Shown: one piece after another, positions 1 through 12,480 of the stretch
How the letters are laid out: every line of letters starts with the position of its first letter
How positions within the stretch are numbered: position 1 is the stretch's first letter
Assembly: GCA_043228905.1 (NCBI GenBank)
Contig: JBHGNT010000002.1
Span: 19,964,001 to 20,028,000 of the forward strand
DNA from: Azolla caroliniana
Taxonomy: Eukaryota; Plantae; Polypodiophyta
Length of the DNA: 64,000 bases
Reading direction: 5' to 3'
The notes under the pieces: model-generated
The model's database searches: none
What the model was told of the DNA's origin: nothing
Seen by the model: the letters and a program-made list of their open reading frames with translations, nothing else
Translations under genes and position numbers: made by a program

Positions 1-202
1 GTTCCCTTTCCTGGATCATACATAACATGTCCATGTTGAGGTATAGAAAGAACCCCAAGAATTTGTGAATCTCTCTCACACTCCATGGAAAAAGTCATAA
101 TTCTGTACTGACACAGAGTGAATCTCTCCCCCAAACCATGGCAAAAAAAAAACCATTAATTTTTTAACTGCACATATATCCTAGAAAGCTAACAAAACTC
201 AC

Positions 203-2065
203 CTTTTCCATTCTTCTCATTTCACCCCGAGCATATTGTGCGGTACAATATATGGCTGTTCACAAGATGTTCAGAAATATCAGAAATTTAATGAATCGAG
301 TATATATAAGAATGAGCCAACTTTTTTATATTCACACTAGAACATAATTGCAATGAGCATATAAATTTTACCCTTCCAGAATTGTCAAAAAATGGTGTTC
401 CCTTGCTACTAGAGTTATTTTCTGGGTTTAAAATTTATTTTCCAGATGATTTATTTGTGAATTTATTTTCCCAAATCTGATGCTTGATGTTTGTCTATTC
501 TGTAATAACTCTTTATGACAAAAACTCATTGAAAGTTACATGCAACATGTCAGCGAAATTTTCATGGTATTATTGTTTTGTTTATTTATAATGGATAAAC
601 CAGTTAGTTAGCAGAATCATACCAACAGAAGGCAAACAAGCAACAAACAATTGCCATAAGTGAAAATCCCACCTGGAAAAAAATATATAAACCATCAGAC
701 ATAACAAAAATATGAATTTTAGGGACTTGCAGAAGCAATGGAAACATGATGGAAATAAAATCTCTAGTTTTTTCTGTTGCGCAGTAGGATCATTCTTCAC
801 TGCGGTTATTGGTAAACCAACTCTTTGCAAATATTTTTAATCAAGAAGCTTTTGGATTCTAACAATGATGCTGTTTAATAAGGTCCAAATCCCATTTGTG
901 ACTATAGATTTACTTGTGATTTTATTTGTGACTATAAATTTACTTTTGATTTAAGGCATTGTGTCTAAAGAGAGAAAAAGATTGTTACAGGTTTTGCAAG
1001 GTGTAGAGAGATTGTAAGACCATGCTTCGTCTATGAGTGAAAACTCAACACTCAAGATTATATTGCTGATATAGAGAATGAAATTCTATTTTTTCCCAAA
1101 CCACCACAATGTAGTAAAACAAATCTTAAGTGAACCAAAGGCTTCATCATTTCCAGTGATTTTCTACGAAAAGAAATAAAACAGCCTGATTAAAACAGTT
1201 TTACTTCCTTAAATATTCTCCCCATAATATTACCCCCAAATTTTATTTCCTCAGCCACACTACCACAGTGTAGTTAAAATCTAATGCATATCATGATTCA
1301 TCGCATGATGTGAGAAAAATGCTGAAAGCTTAAATATAAAACAAACAAAAGCAAAACTTGAGCCAACAACATGCATATATTAAGGAGGTGATTTGCACCC
1401 AAATTTTCAGCTTCAAATGCACAAGAACAAAGAACAAAGCAGACATGGTAAATACTAGGAGGATGTATACATAAGCCCAAAGTTTCACTTTAATATACTA
1501 ACAAAAAACAAAAGAAAATATGAGCCTGCAGCATATACAAGAAAGATGCATGCCCAACTTCACCTTAGATATACAAAAAGAAAACAAAGCATAGTTCAGC
1601 GTCATGCATACATACATATATACATGTAGGTCTGTCATGTGTGTGTGTGTGTGTGTGTGTGTATTTGCATTTATGACAAGCATGACCCAGCATGCATACA
1701 TATATAAGTATGTATGTAACATATGTATATGTATGTCACGTATGTACGTAGGTAGGCATGTACATATGTAGGTACATGTGTATGCTATGTATTCAATTCA
1801 TGAAAAAGAGCGAGGAGAAATACCCAAACTTCTTCTGATTTGGAGCCTCTGAGAAGAGAATGTCAGCAGCCTTCCAGAAGTCGAGATCCTGTTTCTTGGT
1901 GGAGGTGGAGGTGGAGGTGGTAGGGGTAGTGGTGGTAGTGTTTGTTGAATGAGGAGATGTGTGGAGCCATGACAACCTAAGCCTATGCCTATCCCTGCTC
2001 ATGTTCCTGTTCAAGTTCAAGTTCCTGTTGGCATTCCTGCTGAGGATTCCTCCGCTGCCTCGCAT
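203..2065 (-). CDS. Partial gene (5' three exons; 3' end lies left of the window) for a small conserved plant protein with one hydrophobic segment, function unknown
   Basis: Exons 2065-1824, 672-623 and 255-203 joined by GT-AG introns in consistent phase give MRGSGG...KAADILFSEAPNQKKFG-WDFHLWQLFVACLPSV-AIYCTAQYARGEMRRMEK. This matches from memory a conserved plant motif (KKFG-xDFHLxQxFxACxPS-AVYxxAQYARxEMRxME). Confidence 0.8.
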
Positions 2066-2133
2066 ATTTCACAAGGGGCATGGACTCTGCCCCCCCTACC
2101 CATCAACCATCACTCACCATTTCTGTTTGGACA

Positions 2134-2322
2134 TGGGCATGGGAATGGGCATGGGCATGGGCATGGGCATGGGCTTGGGCTTGGGCTTGGGCTTGGGTGT
2201 GTAGTTATATATATACATATACATATGTATGTATAAGCTATATTATATATATATATACATATGTATATATACTTTTATATATTTATTTATATCTATATGT
2301 ATGTATGTAATAAATAATGTAC

Positions 2323-2357
<35 letters not shown>
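2134..2357. repeat. Compound microsatellite (GGGCAT)n(GGGCTT)n, (TA)n/(TATG)n, (TG)n upstream of the first gene
   Basis: Read directly from the sequence; it generates the spurious MGMGMG/HGHG/WAWA ORFs. Confidence 0.95.
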
Positions 2358-2362
<5 letters not shown>

Positions 2363-4620
2363 CTTTGTTTTCCTTTCTTCTTCTTTTTCTTCTCTCTTCT
2401 CATTATGGGGGAGCTTGAGGCAGCTATAATATGCAAAACACGCACCCCCCTTGGATGGTGAAACATGCTCCTTGGAGCCTTGAGCCCCCCAGATAATAAA
2501 AACAAAAGTTTGAACCACCCATCGTTTCCTTACATGCTTCAAACTTTTGCTTAATGATCACGATTATCAAAGAGTTTGTTGTCGCTGGCTAATTGATGAT
2601 GTAAGAAATCTGACCCGTCAAACATACATACTTCGTATATTCGCGTGTCATCGTCAATGTTTCCTTGTCGACAAGAGGTTTAACACGATAGAAAGCCACA
2701 AAATGTTAGTACAACTAAATCTTTTCCAAATGGCATTGAGTTATTTAGGAGGTGCCTACAAGCTACAACATCAAGTTGGTAAACAAAAGAAGATATTCTA
2801 GCTTCATGTGAAACATCTATACCAAAACCCTTCCAAATATCTTCAAAGAATACAATGCAATATTGCATTTTTTGAGATTTGCAAAGACATCCATGATTGA
2901 TTCATGAACAATGACTAATTGTTAAAAACTTGTTCTATGAATCTCTCGCTAACAATAGTTGTTGACCCAAGTACATTTACTATCATATGCAACTCAATGC
3001 CCATATTGTAATTTACAAATATTTCCTCAATATACTTTCATTACTTATGTGATTATAAAAGTTAAAAATGACAACATATAAAGGAGGAAAATATATGAGA
3101 AACCAAGGAAAAAGCATCATGGATGAGCAATTGTAGTTTCTCCTAGACTTTCCTCAATAAGGTGAATTACTTCGAAACTTTAGCGTGCTCTCACCTTCTT
3201 CTATTCTTATTTTTTAAACCACGACTCTTCTTCGTTAAAGAAAATATATCCTAAAAAAACTCTCTCTAGCCTTTGAAATGCGTCCTTCAAAATCCTCCCA
3301 AAGAACCTTAGCACGAAGCATGCACCTCATGCTAAACTGAACCAAATTGATCTATTTTTTGTTGCCCCTCTCCCTAGCTTCAAATATAACATCAATAAAA
3401 ATATAATTCTTGTTAAACCAAACAAAGAGAAACCTCATTGCCAAGTGTAAGGACAATACTCTCTTGCACCCATCAACCCAATGACTTTCTAGTAATTCAT
3501 AGCAAACTCCATTCCTCCATAATTTACTTAAGGTAAAGAAATGTAGGATGTGCTAGTGTATGAGGAATCCATATCCTCTTTTGCCGATGGAAGTTGAGAT
3601 CCAAAAGCAAAACTTTCATTCCTTTGATCTCTCAAGAAAGTCATCATCCTAAAAATTCTCAAACAACTCCATGACCTTGTGAGATATCAACATATATTCA
3701 TCCATTAAAGAAGTTTAAGTGATGTTGATATTTGGTATACATGACTACAAACAAATAAGAGGAATGATGATGATTTTCACTTGTTTGATATGGGCAAGAG
3801 AAATGTTATATTGGTTACATATTGTTTGACAATGCATGCACTTGTTTGAATAAATATATGCATATACATACTTATTTTTACTCACATGGATGTTACAAAC
3901 GAGATTTCTAATCCTACACAAGGTCAGTGTAGATGCAAGGTATTTGTTCAAATTTTACTAATAGCCATGGGATTGAGCAAAAAACACATCATACCCAAAA
4001 AAATTCTTGAGCAAGTTGAAGAATTTGAGAGGATGTTATCACATTGTAGGTACAATTAAGTTTGGTGTGTCATGAAGAGGAAAAAACATGCTTTTTAAAA
4101 GTCCTGGAATATTGGTCAAAAGCTTATCTTCATGTGTAAAACTCATATACTAAATTACGCATGCCAAAAAGGAAAGGCTGAAGTATGAAGGTGACAACAT
4201 GGAATGTAAGAGGGATTTGTTCCCGATTTAAGATGCATGAGGTGTGGAGTGCTTTGTTACACAATCAGTAGTGGGATGTTTTATGTGCAGTGAAGCATAA
4301 AGAACATAAAAATGCAGGTTTAATGGTTAACACTAAGGGTTATATGCTATGTTATTCAGGAAAAGTGAAAGGTGATTTTTCAGGAGTTGTTATGTTTATA
4401 AGAAATGTGTTTTGTCCTCAAGTTATATTTAGTGATGATCTTGGTCGATTTTTGGTTGTACAAATATCTTATGAAGGACAAATTTTGTGGTTGGTTGGTG
4501 TATATGCTTCAAATCTATCTCAAAAATGAAAGTTGTTGTGGCAAAATTTGGCTTTGTTTCTTAAGCAAGGTCGAGTAGGAATAATGATGGGGGATTTTAA
4601 TGTTTGTTGTGAGGAAGCGT

Positions 4621-5282
4621 TGTCGTAGTGTGAATCACACACTACGTGAAATATGTAAAATACTATATCCGATTTAAAGTACGTATAATAAATAAAATAA
4701 AATATTAAAAATATTTATTATATGCATAGGCCAAGGTTCAAACACTATACCTCCACATAGACAAACCCCAACATTACCACTATACTAGCATATTATGAAT
4801 TTTAAAGTTATAGTAAACTTTATTCCATTTAAATATTCTAGATATGCATGGTACAAAAAGTTATGCATGCATACACACTCGAGTTAAAAGAAAAGATGGG
4901 ATAGAAAGCTAATCATGCACATGTAGAGTGCATGAAAACTAAAGTTAGGAAAAGCATGATGCTTGCATATGATAAACTTAGACTCTTCCAACACTATATA
5001 AGGAAGAGAGAAAGATGTATAGGGGTTGTTGATTTTTTATAAGGATTGATTAATACAAAATATTCGTGGGATTCACGAATTTGTGATAAAAATTGTCTCT
5101 TACTATCTAAATATTGATTAAATACACTAAACTCGTGGGATTCACGAGATTCATAACTTACCTATCTTTCTAACAATCTATCCATAACTATAAACTTGTC
5201 TCAAATTCTTCTTTCTCCTAGTCCAAAACCTCAGTGGTTCCCACCCGACTCACGCAACGATCCGGAGCCAAAAGGCACGACA
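4621..5282 (+). mobile_element. Solo LTR of the TGTCGT...ACGACA gypsy-type family, inserted in the LINE endonuclease
   Basis: Begins tgtcgtagtg and ends ggcacgaca, homologous to the LTRs at 58404-63982. 4-bp TSD gcgt/gcgc; removing the LTR and one TSD copy restores the LINE frame (CEEA-QSTS). Confidence 0.92.
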
Positions 5283-7933
5283 GCGCAATCAACTTCTATG
5301 CATTCTATAATGAAAAGATTTGAAAATCAATATTGGGAACAATTAGAAATGGATGTTCTACATTGTGATGTGTGGCCTTAGATTCATGGTGATGAGCCAG
5401 GTTACACTTTTCAATCAACACAATACACATCTACTTGGAGTAGGTTAGATTGTATGTATATTATGCATACTGATTCTTTCTTGCCAGAGATTTTGGATAT
5501 TTCCATTTCTTATGATTTGGTTCTTTCAGATCATTTTCCATTAGTGTTTGAGTTTGTGCATCAATCAGTTGACCAATTTAAATATTTCTTAAGACAACCT
5601 CCTATTCGTTTTAATTCATCTTTTTTAGACCATGAAGTATTTCATGGTTACATGTGTCAATTGATTGAGGAATTCAATTTACATGTTAAAGATGTTGGGT
5701 TTGAGGCTTGCGATGTATTTGTTGTAAATGTGCAAAAGCTATCCAGATTTTATGGAATGTATAATGCCTTTAAGAGAAGAAGAAAAATAAAGGCTTTGGC
5801 TACATTGTTGGGATGATGTAATGCATTACTAAGTTATTGGCGAATGGATGAGCAATTATTGGATATTCACAAAATATTATCAACCTCTTTATGTGATATG
5901 AAAGTTAAGCGTTATTAACAAGCTAGATTACATAAGTTGAGATAAGAAGTGGATGACTGTAATTGTCAATCACACAATTTCTTTCATGCCCTTCATGAAT
6001 CACATGCAAGGTATAATGTGGTGCAATTACAGGAAAATGGGAGGATGGTTATGGATCCTCATATGATTGTGACAAAATGTGTGGATTATTATAAGCAATT
6101 GTTATATGTAGAAACTCACCACATTTAATTATGCTCAAGAGGTGTTCTTGAAGGAAGTTACGAATCATGTATCAACAGAGGTTTCTAATGTTTTGGATGC
6201 GTATATATCGGAGGTTGAGGTAGAAAATGTGATTTCTCATCTTGCGAATGGTAAGAGTCCTGGTTGGGATGGTTTAACAAATGAATTCTTCAAGAAATAT
6301 TATACATACTTGAAGAGGTCCTTTGCAATTCTATTCCAGAATGTTTGGTCCACAGGGCACATGCCACAATCTTGGAAGATTGGTTTAATAAAACTGTTAC
6401 CTAAAGTGCCATCTCCAATGTCTTTTGCTCAATGGAGACTTATATCTTTGATGGGAGGAATCTATAAGATTTTCACAAAGATTTTGGCTAATAGATTACA
6501 TACAATATTGCCAACTATTATCCATAATGCTCAATATGGTTTTTTGGCCAACAGAGATATTTTGCATAATATTTTAAATGTTCAAATGGCAATAGATTTT
6601 GATGTGGAAACTAGGCAAGAGATTGTGGTGTTGCAATTGGATCTAGAGAAGGCATATGATCATGTTAATTGGTCTTTTTTATGTCAAGTGATGCATCGAA
6701 TGGGGTTTGGTGATCGTATATCAAATTTGATATATATATTAGGGGATGATTCAATGTCACATGTCATGCTTAATGGAGGAGTAACACAACCTATTTTGGT
6801 TCGACGGTTAGTTAGACAAGGGTGCCGCCTTAGTCCACTTTTGTTTACTATTGTCACTCATTCTATACTTGTTAAGCTACATAATATGGCAGTGGATGGA
6901 GATTTAGTTGGGTTAAGATTGTCATCTGGGAGACAGTGTATTGCTCAAGTGCTAGCAGATGATCATTTTATGTTTTTGGGAGCTACATGTAATAATGTTA
7001 CAAAGGCTACAAAGGTGTGGGAATTGTTTTCTCTTGCATCAGGATTAAAGATTAATATGCGTAAATCAATTATTATTTCATGTACTAAGCAAAATATATT
7101 AGAGCTTGGGTGCTCAAGAAAGATTGTTAATCGTGGGGAAATTTTTCGACACTTGGGTTACCCTATTGGAGTACAAGTTTCACATGTTAAACTAGTTAAT
7201 TGAGTGGCGAGAAAGATTGAAAGTAAGTTCATCTATTGGAGATCTCAGTCATGGCCATTTCATATAAGGGTTAAAGTTGTGCAATCCATTATGATACCCA
7301 TGGTTTCTTATTATCTTCCATTGTTGCCATGGTCTAAGAAGGCTGTTGAAAAGGTAACCCAATCAATGTGTTCATTATTATGGAAGAAAAAAGGGAAACA
7401 TGGCATTTCTTGGTTGGGAGGGGATCATATTTGTACTCCAAAACGGCTTGGTGGAGCAACATTATTGAATGTATATGAGCATATGGTAGCTCAGAGGTTT
7501 TCATTACTCATCTCTATGTTTGCAAACACAACCATGGATAGATATGGTGATTTTCTTTATTGAGAGAATTGGCATCAAGTTTGGAAATGTAAGAGTAGAA
7601 AGACATTGGTGGAATGTAGTCAATTCCAAAAGGCAAGTGAAGTGTTCAATGTCTTGGGTTGTTAATCAATTATTATCATCTTGGCAGAATGTGTTAGAAT
7701 TTGTCAAGTGGGATCCCCCACCACAAAGAGAGCATGCAAATTCTCTACAACTAGAGATTTTGGCAACATCAAGGTTGGATTGGGAAAGTAAACAACCTTT
7801 GCAACATCAATTTAATCGAATGGCTCGATTAAGATTGGTATCACTAAAAGATGCAAATTTGACTTCTCAAAGAAGGTTGATGGCTTTTCGTAATGCTAGG
7901 TCAACATTTGGAATTCCACGCAATTATCGACAC

Positions 7934-8077
7934 TTCTTTTTCTTTTCTTTTTTTCCCCTAAAAAGATACGCCTTGGTATTATGAAATCATAATAAATACA
8001 AAAGTTGTGTTGGATAAACAAATATACCAACCGATTCCCTTGTACTCTCATCATAGCCAATTTGTTGAGCATAGCCA
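7934..8077 (-). mobile_element. 5'-truncated non-LTR retro-insertion with A-rich tail inside the LINE
   Basis: Flanked by a 14-bp TSD gcaattatcgacac (7920-7933) / gcaattatcggcac (8078-8091). The T-rich run at its left end is an A-rich tail on the minus strand. Confidence 0.75.
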
Positions 8078-9789
8078 GCAATTATCGGCACATTTGGGAT
8101 ACATTACAAGGATTATTAGTGTTGCAAGGGCATGTGCCACATTTGAATGAAGATTCTTTATATCTTGATTGGACTTTTGTGGGGGGGAACAACTTAAGTA
8201 TGGTTTCAACGAATGAGTTTTATCATACAATTTGGGAAGCATATGTGGTTAGAAAAAAAGGGCAATTAAGGTATGGTCTTTTCATAGGCCAACAATTTGG
8301 TGGAAAAATGTACTCCAGAAGGGTTGGTGTTCACATTTGTCATTTAGAGCCAAGGTGTTTATTTGGAGGATTATGGTTTGTGGATTACCATTGGGTGATG
8401 CTTTATGCAAAAGAAAAATTGCTAGTGGCCTCTGTTTCTTTTGTATGGTGGAAGTAGAACACAGTCGACATCGATTTATTTCATGTCCTGTTACAAAGAT
8501 GGTTTGGAAATTTATTAATGCAACATGGATGTCCCTGACAAGAGGGATAAATTCTCCTTTCAAATGGGTTTTTGCACAAATGGAATTAGGAGGTCTTTCA
8601 CCTTCTTTTCAGATTATTTTGGATTATTTGAGGTATTATAGGCTTTGGTTTATTTGGCATATGCGAAATGCTTTTATATTTGATGAACAAAGGGGAGTAC
8701 ACCGTTGTGTGTTGACATTAAAAGGGTTCCTTTTATGGCAATTTTCATTGTTGGAGATGTCAAGCATATTCAATCACGAAGAGAGACAAGTATGTAAGTT
8801 AGTTGGGCATCACATTTGTCATTTGGTTTGATAAGAAAGGTTATGGGATGTTGAGAGACATATTCATGGTTTGTAATGATAGGAATATGTATCTCTCTAT
8901 ATAGATACATGATGACTTACAAGTTGTAATAGTGGTTTTTTTACATGCAATTAATATAATTGTGTGATTTTACCAAAAAGGAATCCATTTAAACTTTTTT
9001 CTTTTTGTTCTACCATTTGAACATCCCCCTCACCTACAAAATTGCAAAAGAGGACTTTGTAGAGACGATTGATCCCATGGGTGATGTTGGAGTTATATTT
9101 GCAAACATAACTTAGCAATCACAAGGTGCAATCGTTCCATTAAAACGGTGGTCAAACTCTTTAAACTCGTGGATAGGAAAGATTTTGCAAAGTGAACCTA
9201 ATATGTCGTATATAACCTATATTAAAAATCTTGAATTTGTTGGTTATTCCTCATAAACTTACACCATTTCATGCATGGAAAAAGAAACAACACATTAGAA
9301 AACGTTTTTGTTTTGTTTTGAGAACATTGGTTGATAGGTTCAAAGACTGTAGACCATAAGTTTGCTAGAGAGTTCACAACAAAGTAGTGTCGAAGGATCG
9401 AGGTAAAAACTTTGAAACACCCACAATTTTTGTCTTTACTCCTCGAACACCCTTGGCAAACCCAACCCATTCTCAGGCAATTAATTATATGTGCTAATTG
9501 GGCAAGCACATGTCAGCTCATTTGGCTTTCATTTCATTCGAAGCGGGATTGACAAGAGGAATTCAGGGGGTTGTGGGGGGCAATGAGAACTTAGGGGGTA
9601 TTCCGGGAATAATGAAAACCCGGGGGTATTTCCGAGGTTTACCTGAATGTTTATGTGATTTGCATGTGGCTGTCAATGCATATTCATTCTTCATTCTTCT
9701 TCTTCGTGCATGACTCATGAGCCCAAAGAACATTTGTAAAGTTTCTTTAACCATGTCTTTGAACACACATAAATAATATTGTTCATAGA

Positions 9790-12480
9790 ATGGATTGCTT
9801 CTTATCACAGGCATCCCTCACCCAGCCCATCGAAGCCAATTCGAATCGCCCACAAACCAATTTGGATCGAAATGTTCTTCTCAGTCTCCTCCAGTCTTAT
9901 GGTAAGCACAAAAGCCTTCAGAAAGCCAGAAAGCTACACACAGAAATCCTCCTCCAAAAAAAAGAGATGCTTCATAATGACATATATATTAGCAATGCGT
10001 TGATTAGCACGTATGTCAAATGCGGTGCCTTAGGCGATGCAAAGAAAGCGTTTAAGGAGATTAGAACGAGAAATGTTGTGTCTTGGAACACATTGATTTC
10101 TGGCTATGTCCGTGGTGGCTTATATGATGAAGCCTTAAATCTCTTCCAGAAGATGCAAGAACTCTGTTTTCACCCAAATGCTATCACTTTTGCCTGTGTT
10201 CTGAAAGCTTGTGCTAACACTGGGTCTCTTCACATGGGAGAAGAGATGCATAAAGAGGTATTAAAGCTAGGTTTATTGGGGAAAAACATAGTTGTTGGGA
10301 CAGCATTGGTAGATATGTATGCTAAATGTGGCGAGCTTGGAAAAGCCCAAGAAGTATTCGATAAACTCATCGAGAAGGATGTGGTCTCTTGGAATGCATT
10401 GATTGTTGGGTACATCCAACACGGTCTTCCTCATGAAGCTATGAAGTGCTTTGTTCGCATGCAAGCTGAGAATTTCTCTCCCAATGAAGCCACATTTACT
10501 TGTGTTTTGAAAGCTTGTGGAATCTTAGGATCTATTGGAATGGGAGAAGAAATCCATACTGAGGTTCTGAAGAAGCATTTATTGGAAAAGAATGTGGAGC
10601 TTGGCAATGCATTAGTAGACATGTATGCCAAGTGTGGAAGGCTCGATAAAGCCCAGGAAGCATTCGATAGGCTTTCTCTACGGAATGCTGTAACTTGGAA
10701 TGCATTGATTTCGGGGTATTCTCAGCATGGATTTGGTGAAGAAGCTTTAAGGCGCTTCAGAGAGATGCGAGATGAAGGGGTTTTCCCGGACAAATTTACC
10801 TTTAGTTGCATTTTGAAAGCTTGTGGGACCATAGGATCATTGAAGATGGGAGAAGAGATACATGTTGAGATAAGAAGACAAGGTTTATTAGAAAAAGATG
10901 TGGTAATTTGCACTGCCTTGATGGATATGTATGCCAAGTGCGGTGTGCTAAGCAAAGTGCAAGAGGTATTTGATGAGTTTCCAATAAGAAGTGTTGTATC
11001 ATGGAACACACTAATTGCCGCATATGCACAACATGGACTTGGGTATGAAGCTTTGAATTTCTACAAGTGTATGCGTGATGAGGGATTCTCTCCAAATGCA
11101 GCTACATTTTCTTGCATTTTGAAGGTCTGTGGCAACATAAAATCTCTTGAGATCGGAGAAAGTATCCATGACGAGGTTAGAAAAGATGGCTCACTCAAAA
11201 GAAATTGCTTTGTTGGGACATCATTGGTGGACATGTATGCAAAATGTGGTGTGCTGGGAAAAGCTCAAGAAGTATTTGATAAGCTACCAGATCGTGATGT
11301 GGTAGCTTGGAACGCGCTGATTTCAGGGTATTCGCAGCAAGGTTGCAATACTGAAGCTATCAATTGTTTCTTGCGAATGCAAGATGAGAATGTCACTCCA
11401 AATGAAGTTACCTTTGTGTGCATTTTGAATGCTTGTGGCAGTATGAGATCTCTGGAGTTGGCAGAGGAGATACATGAGAAAATTTGTGAGCAAGGATTAT
11501 ATGATAAAAACGTTGTGCTAAACAATGCATTGGTTGATATGTATGTCAAGTGTTGCATGCTAGAGAAAGCGCAAAAGGTATTTGATGATCTTCTGGTGAG
11601 GAATATTGCTACTTGGAATGCACTCATTGCTGGGTATGCCAAGCATGGGCTTTATGATGAAGTTCTTAGCTGTTTCCGACAGATGCAAGATGATGGTCTA
11701 TCCCCAAATGCAATTACATTCTCGTCCATTTTGAAAGCTTGTGGCAATGCTGGATCACTAGAAATTGGAGAGCAGATACATATGGAGATTTGCAATCAAG
11801 GGTTGCTGGAGAAAGATGTAGTGCTGTGTACTTCATTGTTGGACATGTATTCCAAGTGTGGTGTGCTAGAAAAAGCACAAGAGGTGTTTGATCAACTTCC
11901 CATTCGAAATGTTGCATCATGGACTGCCCTCATGTCTGGATATTGCCAAGCAGGGCAAACAAAGAAGGTTTTGAAGTTACTCAACAAAATGACTGAAGAA
12001 GGTATTGAACCAGATGTGGTTACCTTTGTCGTTGTACTGAGTGCATATGTCCACGCAGGCTTAGTGGAGGATGGTCAAATGCTCTTTGATGATATAAGCA
12101 GAGTATATTGTCACATGCCAACTTTAGAACATTATAGCTGCATGGTCGATCTTTTTAGTCGTGCAGGACATTTTGATAAAGCTATAGCTGCAATTGAAAA
12201 AGTGCCAGTATCTAACCGACTCACATTGTGGTTATCGCTTTTGGGCGCCTGTTCCAAATGGGGAAATTTGGCAATTGGCAGATTGGCCTTTGCACAGTCC
12301 ATATACTTGGATGAAAAGTGCAATGTTGCATATGTCTCAATGGGTAACATATATGTAGCTGCTGGCATGCACGTGGAACCAGAAGATATTGAATTGTTGG
12401 GAGTGAAAAGTGAAAGGACACTAGGGCATCATTTGTGGACTGATAAGAGTGTATATTGTGCATTTGTTGATTATGGTTGA
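9790..12480 (+). CDS. PLS-class pentatricopeptide repeat protein with C-terminal E domains and no DYW domain (probable organellar RNA editing factor)
   Basis: Intronless 896-aa ORF with repeated P-L-S triplets (ALVDMYAKCG..KAQEVFD..RDVVSWNALI.GY...G...EAL..F..M..EG..PN..TF..ILKACG). E-type motifs EHYSCMVDLFSRAGHF, WLSLLGACSKWGN and AYVSMGNIY follow. Confidence 0.96.
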   Translation: MDCFLSQASLTQPIEANSNRPQTNLDRNVLLSLLQSYGKHKSLQKARKLHTEILLQKKEMLHNDIYISNALISTYVKCGALGDAKKAFKEIRTRNVVSWNTLISGYVRGGLYDEALNLFQKMQELCFHPNAITFACVLKACANTGSLHMGEEMHKEVLKLGLLGKNIVVGTALVDMYAKCGELGKAQEVFDKLIEKDVVSWNALIVGYIQHGLPHEAMKCFVRMQAENFSPNEATFTCVLKACGILGSIGMGEEIHTEVLKKHLLEKNVELGNALVDMYAKCGRLDKAQEAFDRLSLRNAVTWNALISGYSQHGFGEEALRRFREMRDEGVFPDKFTFSCILKACGTIGSLKMGEEIHVEIRRQGLLEKDVVICTALMDMYAKCGVLSKVQEVFDEFPIRSVVSWNTLIAAYAQHGLGYEALNFYKCMRDEGFSPNAATFSCILKVCGNIKSLEIGESIHDEVRKDGSLKRNCFVGTSLVDMYAKCGVLGKAQEVFDKLPDRDVVAWNALISGYSQQGCNTEAINCFLRMQDENVTPNEVTFVCILNACGSMRSLELAEEIHEKICEQGLYDKNVVLNNALVDMYVKCCMLEKAQKVFDDLLVRNIATWNALIAGYAKHGLYDEVLSCFRQMQDDGLSPNAITFSSILKACGNAGSLEIGEQIHMEICNQGLLEKDVVLCTSLLDMYSKCGVLEKAQEVFDQLPIRNVASWTALMSGYCQAGQTKKVLKLLNKMTEEGIEPDVVTFVVVLSAYVHAGLVEDGQMLFDDISRVYCHMPTLEHYSCMVDLFSRAGHFDKAIAAIEKVPVSNRLTLWLSLLGACSKWGNLAIGRLAFAQSIYLDEKCNVAYVSMGNIYVAAGMHVEPEDIELLGVKSERTLGHHLWTDKSVYCAFVDYG

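Larger units (their letters stand above)
4185..8980 (+). mobile_element. Degenerate L1-clade LINE ORF2 (AP endonuclease, RT, C-terminal zinc finger), interrupted by a solo LTR and a short retro-insert
   Basis: MKVTTWNVRG at 4185, MGDFN, SDHFP; RT motifs KSPGWDG, LDLEKAYDHV, RQGCRLSPLLF, LADD (6142-7203); CFFCMVEVEHSRHRFISC (8337-8831). Many stops and frameshifts; short A-rich end near 8980. Confidence 0.92.

Noticed and set aside
1959-2542. ORFs with MGMG/HGHG/WAWA/THTH repeats
   Set aside because: They are translations of hexamer and dinucleotide microsatellites upstream of the real gene.
9000-9700. Possible DNA-transposon remnant upstream of the PPR gene (ggggtattccg repeats)
   Set aside because: No paired TIRs, TSD or recognisable transposase motif.
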